Origin: Bacteroidota bacterium
GTDB taxonomy: Bacteria > Bacteroidota > Bacteroidia > JABEUT01
NCBI GenBank assembly: GCA_013288205.1
Contig: JABDCH010000001.1
Location: 3,480 to 67,479, forward strand
Direction: 5' to 3'
DNA: 64,000 nt
A program made the translations under genes and the position numbers. Positions 41,486 through 50,226 of the stretch are shown here, piece by piece; position 1 is the stretch's first letter, and every line of letters begins with the position of its first letter. The notes under the pieces are model-generated. The model saw only the letters and a list, made by a program, of their open reading frames with translations, ran no database searches and was not told the origin of the DNA.

Positions 41486-42403
41486 TCAGGAGAACTGGAA
41501 CACTCCTGCAATAGCAAAGTGGTCGGACAAGTCGTGGAACTTTTCGTGCCACTGTTTGCGAAACACGTTAATGAACATCCGGGTATCAAATTTATGATGC
41601 TCGTTTTTATGATAGTCGTTACAAGTGTACAATATGTAGTCTATCAGTTGGGGTTTTTCTTTTTCCCCTTTGATGAGATCATTTACGGTATGGTCGTACG
41701 AAAAGGTATGTTCTCCATGCAGCGGAAATTGCCTTGCACGAAGAATATTTAATATCTGCTCATACTTTTCCGACTCGTGGTGCATGGTATTGAAATCGCC
41801 TGCCAGCAATTGCGGAACGCCGCTTTCGGCATAAGGCTCCAATAATTCCCTGCGAATTTGTTCGCATTGCAACGCTCTTATTTTTTGCGATGGCTTCCCG
41901 CCAAATTCCGATTGCAGGTGCGTACCCACTAACTGGAATGCAAACCCATTTTTTTCCGATTGAATAAGCATGGCGCCTTTGCAGGCAAACCAGTCGGGAC
42001 CGCGACCGTTTACGAAATACATATTCTTCACTACCATAAACGGAATCTTGCTGATGATCCAGATGCCGGAATTGGTCTTCCACATTACATTCTTTGGCGG
42101 ATCGCCCGACTCATAAGGGAAATAAGAAGCGAGCCCCTTGCGTATGATTTCGCGCGCTGTGCTGTCGAATGCTTCCTGGAACACGATCATATCAGCATCT
42201 TCATCTTTCAGCACATTCACAATTTCGCATGCTCTTTTCGACTGGCCCGTACGCATTATAAAGCGCGGAAGCATAAAGATGTTCCAGGAAATTATTTTGA
42301 GGCTATTGCCGTTTTCAGTTAGTATCGAAGTTTGGGGAGACGGAGTATCTATCGTGTTATTTTGGTTATCGTACGAGCTTTGAGGAGCCACCTTTTTTTG
42401 CAT
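41486..42403 (-). CDS. Endonuclease/exonuclease/phosphatase (EEP) family phosphoesterase, neutral-sphingomyelinase-like
   Basis: IISWNIFMLP, MIVFQEAFD, and terminal SDHFAIAGVF are EEP catalytic motifs. Confidence 0.75.
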   Translation of the reverse strand: MQKKVAPQSSYDNQNNTIDTPSPQTSILTENGNSLKIISWNIFMLPRFIMRTGQSKRACEIVNVLKDEDADMIVFQEAFDSTAREIIRKGLASYFPYESGDPPKNVMWKTNSGIWIISKIPFMVVKNMYFVNGRGPDWFACKGAMLIQSEKNGFAFQLVGTHLQSEFGGKPSQKIRALQCEQIRRELLEPYAESGVPQLLAGDFNTMHHESEKYEQILNILRARQFPLHGEHTFSYDHTVNDLIKGEKEKPQLIDYILYTCNDYHKNEHHKFDTRMFINVFRKQWHEKFHDLSDHFAIAGVFQFS

Positions 42404-42513
42404 TCCGTCTGTGTTTTTAGACGGTGCAAAGTTCCGCCAAGCATCTTAAGCCAATATTACATGAGCTTTATCAAATTATCAATTCACCGCTTTTAAAAGA
42501 CACTTAGAAAACC

Positions 42514-42521
42514 TATCTTTG
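42514..42521 (+). promoter_or_regulatory. Bacteroidota sigma-A -7 element (TAnnTTTG) upstream of 42542
   Basis: tatctttg lies 21 nt before the ATG. Confidence 0.35.
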
Positions 42522-42541
42522 CTTGAATAAACGCCTAAATC

Positions 42542-44533
42542 ATGAAAAATAATTTTGTTTCCGCATGCACTTTTTTCACTTCAGCAATGATATGCTTTTC
42601 TTTGCAGGCACAGCAAAACCTGCAAGGTTTGTACAATCAGCTAAGGCCGGTTGCGCAATCATCTGTTAACTCAGAATCAGCTACCGGCAAGGGATACACG
42701 CCTCACCTTACTCCGCTATTTGCATTACAAGAAAAAACAAAATCATTTCATCCCAACGTATATTCTACTCATTCGCATACCCGGGTGGGTTCATATCCTG
42801 ATACGCTGATTGTGGGTGTTAAGCCTTATGATACACTTATCATCACAGGCACACTTACCCACAACGGCCCCATATTTGTAGCATTGAACGGGGTGTTGAT
42901 CATTAAAAAAGCGACACTCACCAATTTGGGCGATATAGATGTTTTCAATCATGGAAAAGTGATTATTGATTCTTCCACTTTATCTTTTCCGCAGAGTTAC
43001 TTTTACCAACGTTCACTCGTGCTGATTAATAAAGCGACAGTAACTATAAGCAATACCACACTGGCCTATGGCGGGCTATCGCACAATTGCGAGGTGGCAG
43101 ATACGGCGGTGCTTACGCTGAATAATGTTACGCAACCCGACTGGATGACAACCGGCATCAACAACAGCGGTACCATTTCCATAAACGGAACAAACCAGGC
43201 AGGTGAATTTATTTTACAAGATTATTGTACGCTGAATATTAAGCATGCTACCAATGCTTTGCTGTGGCACCAATTCTCTGATACATCGGTTATCAATTGG
43301 TCGTTTGGAATGCACGATACTACTTACGGTTACCAGTTTAATAACACCAAGCCGGGAGTTCGCGGAATTGAATATCATGTGAATGCTGATTCGGTTTATG
43401 ATATCATGTGGGGCATGATGCCTTCTGCACGTTCTACTGTAAACATTACCAATTCTAAGATCCGTTCCATAGGGTTGTGGTTTGACCGCCCGGCCGATTC
43501 AACACAAGTTTCCGGAATGACCGATAATGCCACCTACTCCAACTTCACCACTCCCCTATCCGACCGCACTCTTACGTTCAGTAATTGCACAGTAGAAACC
43601 TGGAGCTTTTATGTTTTCCATAAATCCATTATCAATGTAACGGGATGCATTGCCGGAGAAATAGGAACAGAAAATGCTTCGAAAATGTATGGTACCGATT
43701 ACGTGGTTGATGGCTCGGGTGGCTATCATTGGTCAGCCGATACATCACTGATATTTGCCGATGGAGCTACCGTATATACCTATGTACGCAGCGAAGGGAA
43801 CAGCCTCTTCATTTTTGCCTATGGCTCTGTAGGCGGCTCGGGCGCTGAGGAAGCCATTGATAAATCTTTGCTGATCATGGTACAGAGTTCTCTGCCTGCT
43901 GACCCAACAGCCGTTAACGGAGGCGCTGCAGAGCTGGACAACATCAATTCGCCGGGCAACTTATTCGCCGATTCCATCGCACCTGTTTATGGCTCTGCAT
44001 GGATTCACCGGGGACCCACCAGCGCATGGATGTATTTTAAAAATTGGCAACTATTTTACCATGCGGTTGACAGCAGCAAATGGATTCCTATAACAGGCCT
44101 TGACACCAACCCTGCAAGCAATAGCTTACTTGCCAACTGGAACACACATTCACTTGCCAGCGGAACTTATTTACTCGAATTGCAAGTTACCGACACATGG
44201 GGAAACAAGGTAGATGCCGTGAGAGAAGTTACGTTGTTACCATTGATTTTAGGTATTGATAATCTATCAGCATCCTCCGGTATGAATGTTTACCCTAACC
44301 CGAATAATGGAGAATTCACCATAGTTGAAAGTGGAAAGTTGAAAATGGAAAATGGAAAGAATAACATAGAAATATATAATATGCTTGGGGAAAAAGTGTA
44401 TTCGCAATTCTCCACTCTCAACTCTCCATTTTCAATTAATTTAAGTGAAGAGCCTAACGGCATTTATCTTTATCGGGTTACAGCAGAAGATGGCAGCCTG
44501 ATTGGTGAAGGTAAATTGATGATACAGAAATGA
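42542..44533 (+). CDS. Secreted protein, predicted right-handed beta-helix, with T9SS type-A C-terminal sorting domain
   Basis: Signal peptide. Repetitive T/N-rich beta-helix-like rungs (VTISNTTLAYGG, LTLNNVTQ, GTISINGTNQ). C-terminal VYPNPNNGEFTIVESGKLKMENGKNNIEIYNMLGEKVYSQFSTLNSPFSINLSEEPNGIYLYRV. Confidence 0.75.
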   Translation: MKNNFVSACTFFTSAMICFSLQAQQNLQGLYNQLRPVAQSSVNSESATGKGYTPHLTPLFALQEKTKSFHPNVYSTHSHTRVGSYPDTLIVGVKPYDTLIITGTLTHNGPIFVALNGVLIIKKATLTNLGDIDVFNHGKVIIDSSTLSFPQSYFYQRSLVLINKATVTISNTTLAYGGLSHNCEVADTAVLTLNNVTQPDWMTTGINNSGTISINGTNQAGEFILQDYCTLNIKHATNALLWHQFSDTSVINWSFGMHDTTYGYQFNNTKPGVRGIEYHVNADSVYDIMWGMMPSARSTVNITNSKIRSIGLWFDRPADSTQVSGMTDNATYSNFTTPLSDRTLTFSNCTVETWSFYVFHKSIINVTGCIAGEIGTENASKMYGTDYVVDGSGGYHWSADTSLIFADGATVYTYVRSEGNSLFIFAYGSVGGSGAEEAIDKSLLIMVQSSLPADPTAVNGGAAELDNINSPGNLFADSIAPVYGSAWIHRGPTSAWMYFKNWQLFYHAVDSSKWIPITGLDTNPASNSLLANWNTHSLASGTYLLELQVTDTWGNKVDAVREVTLLPLILGIDNLSASSGMNVYPNPNNGEFTIVESGKLKMENGKNNIEIYNMLGEKVYSQFSTLNSPFSINLSEEPNGIYLYRVTAEDGSLIGEGKLMIQK

Positions 44534-44573
44534 TATTATCGTAATGGAGGCTTCCGATGTGTGCAATAAACTG

Positions 44574-45896
44574 CTATTCCACCGAAAGCATCTTTATCCT
44601 TTTGGCATAAGGCCCGGCCAGCATAGAGCAGATGAATGAAAAGGTGCGGTTTTGTGGTACAATAAACTCTACCCGGTAAGTGCCCGGCACTTTGGTTCCG
44701 TTCACGAGTGTTTTAATTTTCCTTCCTGCATCATCAAATACTTCTATTTGCACGTGCTGCGTAACAGGTATGGAATACGTTATAGTAGTTGTTCCCCGGA
44801 ATGGATTGGGTACATTTTGCAATAGGGAATATCCGGCCAAATCTTTTACTGTTTCTGTTGCCAGTGTAGAAGATTTAGAGTATTTATATACCCGCTGCCC
44901 CACTGCATAGCCCAAGGTATCGCTTAAAAAGCGCATGCGGTTCAGATTAACCAACAAATTAGAAGGCTTAACCGTATCCCAGGTTTTGCCGCCATTGCTT
45001 GTGTGCAATGCATACGTATTGCCTCCTACCCATCCGTCCGTATCATTTGCAAATCCAATACCCTGGCTCCATCCATAAGGCACTTTGGTAAGTATTTCTT
45101 CCGTCCAGGTTTTGCCCCTGTCGATTGATTTGAAAAACCGAAGCGTATTATTGCTATACAATTCTTCCACTGATACATAGAATACATTGGCAGAAGGATG
45201 GTTGAATTTCCAGCAATGGTTGCCTTGCATACTACCTGTAATTTTCTTTGTCCAGGTTTTACCGCCATCTGCTGTAAAAAGAATAACAGAATAGGATGCG
45301 CCCTCGCTGGAGCTATTACCGCCCACCACAAAGCCTGAATCGGGAGTCATAAAATAGGTATCTATTAACATACCTGCCGAATCCATTTTTTGAGAGTAAA
45401 AGGTTTTTCCCTTGTCGGTGCTTTTCATAAAATAAGCAGGCCCGTCAAACCTTCCTGTTGCCATTACAGTAGTATCATTCACTACTGACATACCGCAAAT
45501 ACCAATGGGCTTCGAACCAATGATGACAGGCAATTGAAGTGTTTTACCACCGTCGGATGTTATATACATAGGGTTGGTATCATTGGTGGGAGCCCAGTTG
45601 CCGGGACCCAAATTACCTACGCAACCGTGGAGTGAATCAAAAAAACCTACACAGCGAAACGACGAGGGTTGATTGATTAATTGCGCCCATGTATTGCCGC
45701 CGTCTTTTGTATTCCATACCTGTCCGCTTACATTTACTACCCAGCCTACTGTGGGATTGATAAACCATACATCATCGTGGCGGAATGTTTGAGCAGGAGA
45801 GTTGGGCAGAAGCTGCCATGACTGAGCAATAGAAAATGAATAGTGAAGAATAAAAAGTACAGAATAAAAAAGTAATTTCAGTTTTTCCATGCGCAA
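44574..45896 (-). CDS. BNR/Asp-box repeat (Ycf48/sortilin-like beta-propeller) protein with T9SS type-A C-terminal sorting domain
   Basis: Asp-boxes TKDGGNTW, TSDGGKTL, STDKGKTF, TADGGKTW, SIDRGKTW, TSNGGKTW. C-terminal LLQNVPNPFRGTTTITYSIP...QIEVFDDAGRKIKTLV...GTYRVEF. Signal peptide. Confidence 0.8.
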   Translation of the reverse strand: MRMEKLKLLFYSVLFILHYSFSIAQSWQLLPNSPAQTFRHDDVWFINPTVGWVVNVSGQVWNTKDGGNTWAQLINQPSSFRCVGFFDSLHGCVGNLGPGNWAPTNDTNPMYITSDGGKTLQLPVIIGSKPIGICGMSVVNDTTVMATGRFDGPAYFMKSTDKGKTFYSQKMDSAGMLIDTYFMTPDSGFVVGGNSSSEGASYSVILFTADGGKTWTKKITGSMQGNHCWKFNHPSANVFYVSVEELYSNNTLRFFKSIDRGKTWTEEILTKVPYGWSQGIGFANDTDGWVGGNTYALHTSNGGKTWDTVKPSNLLVNLNRMRFLSDTLGYAVGQRVYKYSKSSTLATETVKDLAGYSLLQNVPNPFRGTTTITYSIPVTQHVQIEVFDDAGRKIKTLVNGTKVPGTYRVEFIVPQNRTFSFICSMLAGPYAKRIKMLSVE

Positions 45897-45970
45897 TTTA
45901 GGCCTTTATCAACTAATACGTGCTTAATCTTCAAATCGTTAGGTAAATATAAAAATAATACACTTTATAC

Positions 45971-46318
45971 TCAAATCAGTTCGTGCTTTATCTTTTTCGG
46001 GAGGCTTTCAAACACCAATTCGTAGGAGTGGTCTATTATTTCAAGCAGCAGTGCTCGAGGCAAGCCCCCATCCATATATACGGAGTTCCAGTGCTTTTTA
46101 TTCATGTGGTAGCCGGGTATAATTTCACTATATCTTTCCCTTAATTCTACGGCACGTTCAGGGTCGCATTTAGCATTGAAACGATTACCTTCATCAACAC
46201 TCGCTATAAGGAATATTTTTCCACCTACTTTATAAACCAGGGTAAGCTCCCCAAACGGGAAGGTTTCCTCCACGCCTTTTTTCTGAAGACAATAATCGCG
46301 CAATTCTTCTATATTCAT
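45971..46318 (-). CDS. MmcQ/YjbR-family protein
   Basis: MNIEELRDYCLQKKGVEETFPFGELTLVYKVGGKIFLIA...HMNKKHWNSVYMDGGLPRALLLEIIDHSYELV matches the YjbR fold signature. The start is placed at the internal Met; the ORF track extends to 46390. Confidence 0.75.
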   Translation of the reverse strand: MNIEELRDYCLQKKGVEETFPFGELTLVYKVGGKIFLIASVDEGNRFNAKCDPERAVELRERYSEIIPGYHMNKKHWNSVYMDGGLPRALLLEIIDHSYELVFESLPKKIKHELI

Positions 46319-46469
46319 CTTCTTACAGATTGAGGTATAAAGATACTTATTAATTAATTGAAAACAGTATTGGTGTCTGTCATACGTCATAACGCGATAT
46401 ATATCTTAAAAAGAATAACTAATATTACATCGCCTTTCGGCAGTAATTACATCACAACACCGAGCAAAT

Positions 46470-46895
46470 ATGAAAATAATAGCGTTAAAAGGACCGGCCA
46501 ATAGCGGTAAAACATACACCCTTAATACAGCTTATACTTTATTGCTAAATGCAGGATATGTACAGGTTAGGGGCTATTTTACCCAAGCCGTTGTATATAA
46601 CTTTTTAGGGGAGAAAGTGTATGGAAGCCTTGATTTTACTGACATTTTAATGCATGGTGAGAAGAAGACAGGCATAACCACGGGAACCAAAAATGAGCTT
46701 GCTGCCACGCTTGAGTTATTTCAAAAAGCAGGATGCGATACGGTAATCTGCGCCTGCCATGATTCGGATGAAGATATAAACACTATTGAATCGTATGGGG
46801 TTCCTGTTTTTATTGAAAAAACTCCGCAGGATACCGTCTCCCTAAAGAGAATCAATGATTTTACCTTTGCCAAAAAGCTGGTAGAACTGGTGTAA
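46470..46895 (+). CDS. Hypothetical protein with a Walker-A-like GPANSGKT and an embedded CTD-like fragment
   Basis: 141 aa. KGPANSGKTYTL. Residues VVYNFLGEKVYGSLDF mirror the T9SS tail motif EVYNMLGEKVYSQFST. May be a chimeric or degenerate ORF. Confidence 0.35.
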   Translation: MKIIALKGPANSGKTYTLNTAYTLLLNAGYVQVRGYFTQAVVYNFLGEKVYGSLDFTDILMHGEKKTGITTGTKNELAATLELFQKAGCDTVICACHDSDEDINTIESYGVPVFIEKTPQDTVSLKRINDFTFAKKLVELV

Positions 46896-46959
46896 GGGAG
46901 CTAAGAACAAGAGTATATAGGGCATCCCCTTTTTCCTCTTAGTTCTTAGCTCTTAACTT

Positions 46960-48639
46960 TTACTTCTGTATTACCAATTTCCCGTCTCCAATTAAGTTGC
47001 CTGTCTCGTCTATAACATGGTATAGATAAATACCATTGGGCTCACCACTTAAATTAATTGAAAATGGAGAGTGGAGAGTGGAGAATTGCGAATACACTTT
47101 TTCCCCAAGCATATTGTAAACTTCTATATTGCTTTTTTCATTTTCCATTTTCAACTTTCCACTTTCAACCATGGTGAATTCTCCATTGCTTGGGTTGGGA
47201 TATACAAGCACGCTGGCATTTTGTGATGAGATAGAAGCTACGCCGTTAGTTAAAGTACAGCTTCGCCATCTGACCACAAAAGTACTATATCCGGCTCCAG
47301 TCCCTAATACAGTATCACCGCTATAAAAGAGGGTATCTCCAAATATACTCGATAAATAAATATACTTACCCAAAGGGTCGGAAGCTACACCATTAGTGGC
47401 TTCTGAGCTACGATTGTCAAGCAGGGAACCGCAAAGAGGGGATCCCGCTGTGTCAAATTCCATTATAAAAGATGAAGTTTCAATTAAAGGATTAGCTAGG
47501 GTGTAACTACCAAAGCTTACTTGTTTAATGTACTTAGCTTCGTAACTGGTTCCTGTCAGATAAATATGATTATATGCATCTGCAGCTAATCCATCGCCTA
47601 TCCATTCCTCAGATGATTTTTCGGCCCAAATAGCATTGCCATTTACATCATATTTAGTTAAAAATATGCTGTATTGTCCGGGTGAAGACAAGGTATGGGA
47701 GCCAAACTGTACATTATTTTCAAAACTCCCCGTGATATAAGGATTTATACCGTCCGTTATTACTGAACTGCCCATACATAAGCCCCCTGCGTTTTGCTCT
47801 GCCCATAATACACTACCCGCTGCCGAGTACTTTACTAAAAAGGCTCCTCCCCCAACCAGTGAATATGAACCAAAAGAAAGAGTATCTGAAAAATATCCGG
47901 TTATAAATGAATTTCCCAATTTATCAGTTGCAACAGAATAAGAACTTCCCCCATAATCAGCCGCTGAAGAAGTTTTAGATTGCTCCGCCCATAACGCATT
48001 TCCATTAGAATCATATTTCACTATAAATACAGCTCGGTCATTTCCCTGGCTCGTATTGAACATGTTCAAGGTATAACTTCCAAAAGATACCGTGTCTTCA
48101 AAATCTCCGGTTGCAAACACATTGTTGAACATATCGGTAGCGATAAAACCCGTACCTGCCAAACTAGTTTTTGTAGGCGCTTGAGATTGTTTTGCCCAAA
48201 GCGGATTCCCATTCGAATCAAATTTTGCCAGGAAAACATCATTACCCAAAGGACTTATTAATGTAGATGCACCTATTTTAATAGTATCACCGAAACTGCC
48301 TGCTATATATACATTTCCCGATTTATCTGTCGTAATACAATCACTGGTATTACTTCCGCTGATCTGCCTTACCCAAACAACGGCTCCTGCCGGGTTATAC
48401 TTAGCCAAATAGGTAACGCTATATTTCCCCATTAACTTGGTATTACCAATATATAAAGTATCCGTTTGGGTAGTCCCGGTAACATAAGCGTTACCACTTC
48501 TATCAGTAGCAACAGGGCATTGCGGGTCAGCAGGAGTTTTTGTAAATGCATTGGCGGTCCATAACCAGCTTTGCCCATGGGAGAATGAAAAATGAAGAAC
48601 TAAGAATGAAAAGCTGAGTAGTAATTTTATGTTTTTCAT
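46960..48639 (-). CDS. SBBP-type beta-propeller repeat protein with T9SS type-A C-terminal sorting domain
   Basis: Signal peptide MKNIKLLLSFSFLVLHFSFSHGQ. Repeats ..DKSGNVYIAGSF...NPLWAKQ. C-terminal VYPNPSNGEFTMVESGKLKMENEKSNIEVYNMLGEKVYSQFSTLHSPFSINLSGEPNGIYLYHV. Confidence 0.85.
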   Translation of the reverse strand: MKNIKLLLSFSFLVLHFSFSHGQSWLWTANAFTKTPADPQCPVATDRSGNAYVTGTTQTDTLYIGNTKLMGKYSVTYLAKYNPAGAVVWVRQISGSNTSDCITTDKSGNVYIAGSFGDTIKIGASTLISPLGNDVFLAKFDSNGNPLWAKQSQAPTKTSLAGTGFIATDMFNNVFATGDFEDTVSFGSYTLNMFNTSQGNDRAVFIVKYDSNGNALWAEQSKTSSAADYGGSSYSVATDKLGNSFITGYFSDTLSFGSYSLVGGGAFLVKYSAAGSVLWAEQNAGGLCMGSSVITDGINPYITGSFENNVQFGSHTLSSPGQYSIFLTKYDVNGNAIWAEKSSEEWIGDGLAADAYNHIYLTGTSYEAKYIKQVSFGSYTLANPLIETSSFIMEFDTAGSPLCGSLLDNRSSEATNGVASDPLGKYIYLSSIFGDTLFYSGDTVLGTGAGYSTFVVRWRSCTLTNGVASISSQNASVLVYPNPSNGEFTMVESGKLKMENEKSNIEVYNMLGEKVYSQFSTLHSPFSINLSGEPNGIYLYHVIDETGNLIGDGKLVIQK

Positions 48640-48731
48640 AATACTTAATTTTCATTACAAAATTAAAAAAAATATGACCTAACATGCTATTATTAACCCC
48701 AAATAAAGTCCCTCGGCCAAGTGGCTTGCAC

Positions 48732-50210
48732 TTACTTATTAAAATCCTTCATCAAATCATTATAGGTATTGCTGAATCCTATTCCGTCATCTACTAATAT
48801 GCGGCTTAATTTTTTATTCTCAGCAAGTCCCCATAGCACAATCTCTTTTAAAAAATAGCGGTCGGTAGCATCTGTATCAGATTGGTATTTATTTATCAAA
48901 TCATCCAGAGGGCCAACTCGGTCAAGTTCTTTGCGGTACTCTTCATCAGTCATGTTATCTACCAGTTCAAAATCTTCCGAAAGATCATTGAACCATGATA
49001 TAACGTCGTAATAAGGACCTTTTACACCCTGCTTTTCCAGTTTCTGTATTTTCGGGAATAAAGCTTCAAACAAGCTCTTCACGGCCATTTGTATCAGGTG
49101 TTCGGCTACGTAGCGGGCTCCTTCTTGTTCGCCTTCATAGGCTATTTCCATCTTGCCGGTAAGCGCCGGAATAATGCCCATAAAATCACCCAGGCGGATG
49201 GTGGTACTCTTAGTATTCTGCTTCAGTAACCGTAGTTCGGCAGCACTAACTAAGTTCTCGTATGCCGATATGCTCATGCGTGCGCTGATGCCGCTCTTGG
49301 GGTCTATAAATTCGCTCTTACGGGCTTCAAAGCCTATCTGTTCAATCAGGTCTTTCGCCAGCGAAGGGACTTTTATTTGCTTATCGCGTGTTTCGTTGCT
49401 CTTTACTTCCTGGGCCGTTATTCGTCTGGCTATTTCTATCGTTTCAGGATAGTGGGTTAATATCTGCGAACCGATGCGGTCTTTCAGGGGAGTTACAATG
49501 CTGCCACGGTTGGTATAATCTTCCGGGTTGGCGGTGAATACAAACTGCACATCGAGCGGGAAACGCAGTTTAAATCCGCGTATTTGCAAATCGCCTTCCT
49601 GCAAAATATTGAAAAGTCCTACTTGTATGCGGGCCTGCAAATCGGGTAATTCATTAATTACAAATATGCTGCGGTTAGCACGGGGTATAAGCCCGAAGTG
49701 AATCACCCGCTCATCGGCATACGATAACTTGAGGTTAGCGGCTTTTATAGGATCCACGTCGCCAATCAAATCGGCAATGGTAACATCGGGTGTAGCCAGC
49801 TTTTCTGCAAAGCGTTCATCACGATGCACCCAATCTATAGGAGTTTGGTCCCCTTGTTTTTCCACCAATTCTTTCGCATGAAACGACAAAGGAGCAAACG
49901 GGTCATCGTTAATTTCTGAATCGGCCACAATGGGCATCCATTCGTCGAGCAGTTGTACCATCAGGCGGGCAAGGCGGGTTTTAGCCTGTCCGCGCAACCC
50001 CAGTAGATTGATGTTGTGCATCGATAAAATGGCTCTTTGCAATTCCGGTATTACGGTAGTTTCGTAACCATAAATACCCTCGAATATTTCTTCCTCGTCT
50101 TTTAATTTGCTGATAAGATTATCGCGAAGCTCCTGCTTAATGTTCCTCGGTTTATATCCTGATTTCTTTAATTCTCCTAAGGTCTTTATCTTCGGTTTGC
50201 CTGTTTCCAT
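48732..50210 (-). CDS. ChlI/BchI-like AAA+ ATPase (Mg-chelatase-type fold), partner of the downstream-encoded vWA protein
   Basis: Degenerate Walker A LLGLRGQAKTRLAR. The Walker B/sensor region IFVINELPDLQARIQVGLFNILQEGDLQIRGFKLRFPLDVQFVFTANPEDYTNRGSIVTPLKDRIG parallels the BchI DE.N.L.D..LL....EG...VER.G...P..F.LV.T.NPEEG.L...LLDRFG layout. Confidence 0.65.
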   Translation of the reverse strand: METGKPKIKTLGELKKSGYKPRNIKQELRDNLISKLKDEEEIFEGIYGYETTVIPELQRAILSMHNINLLGLRGQAKTRLARLMVQLLDEWMPIVADSEINDDPFAPLSFHAKELVEKQGDQTPIDWVHRDERFAEKLATPDVTIADLIGDVDPIKAANLKLSYADERVIHFGLIPRANRSIFVINELPDLQARIQVGLFNILQEGDLQIRGFKLRFPLDVQFVFTANPEDYTNRGSIVTPLKDRIGSQILTHYPETIEIARRITAQEVKSNETRDKQIKVPSLAKDLIEQIGFEARKSEFIDPKSGISARMSISAYENLVSAAELRLLKQNTKSTTIRLGDFMGIIPALTGKMEIAYEGEQEGARYVAEHLIQMAVKSLFEALFPKIQKLEKQGVKGPYYDVISWFNDLSEDFELVDNMTDEEYRKELDRVGPLDDLINKYQSDTDATDRYFLKEIVLWGLAENKKLSRILVDDGIGFSNTYNDLMKDFNK

Positions 50211-50226
50211 AAAAGTTTTATCTGGT

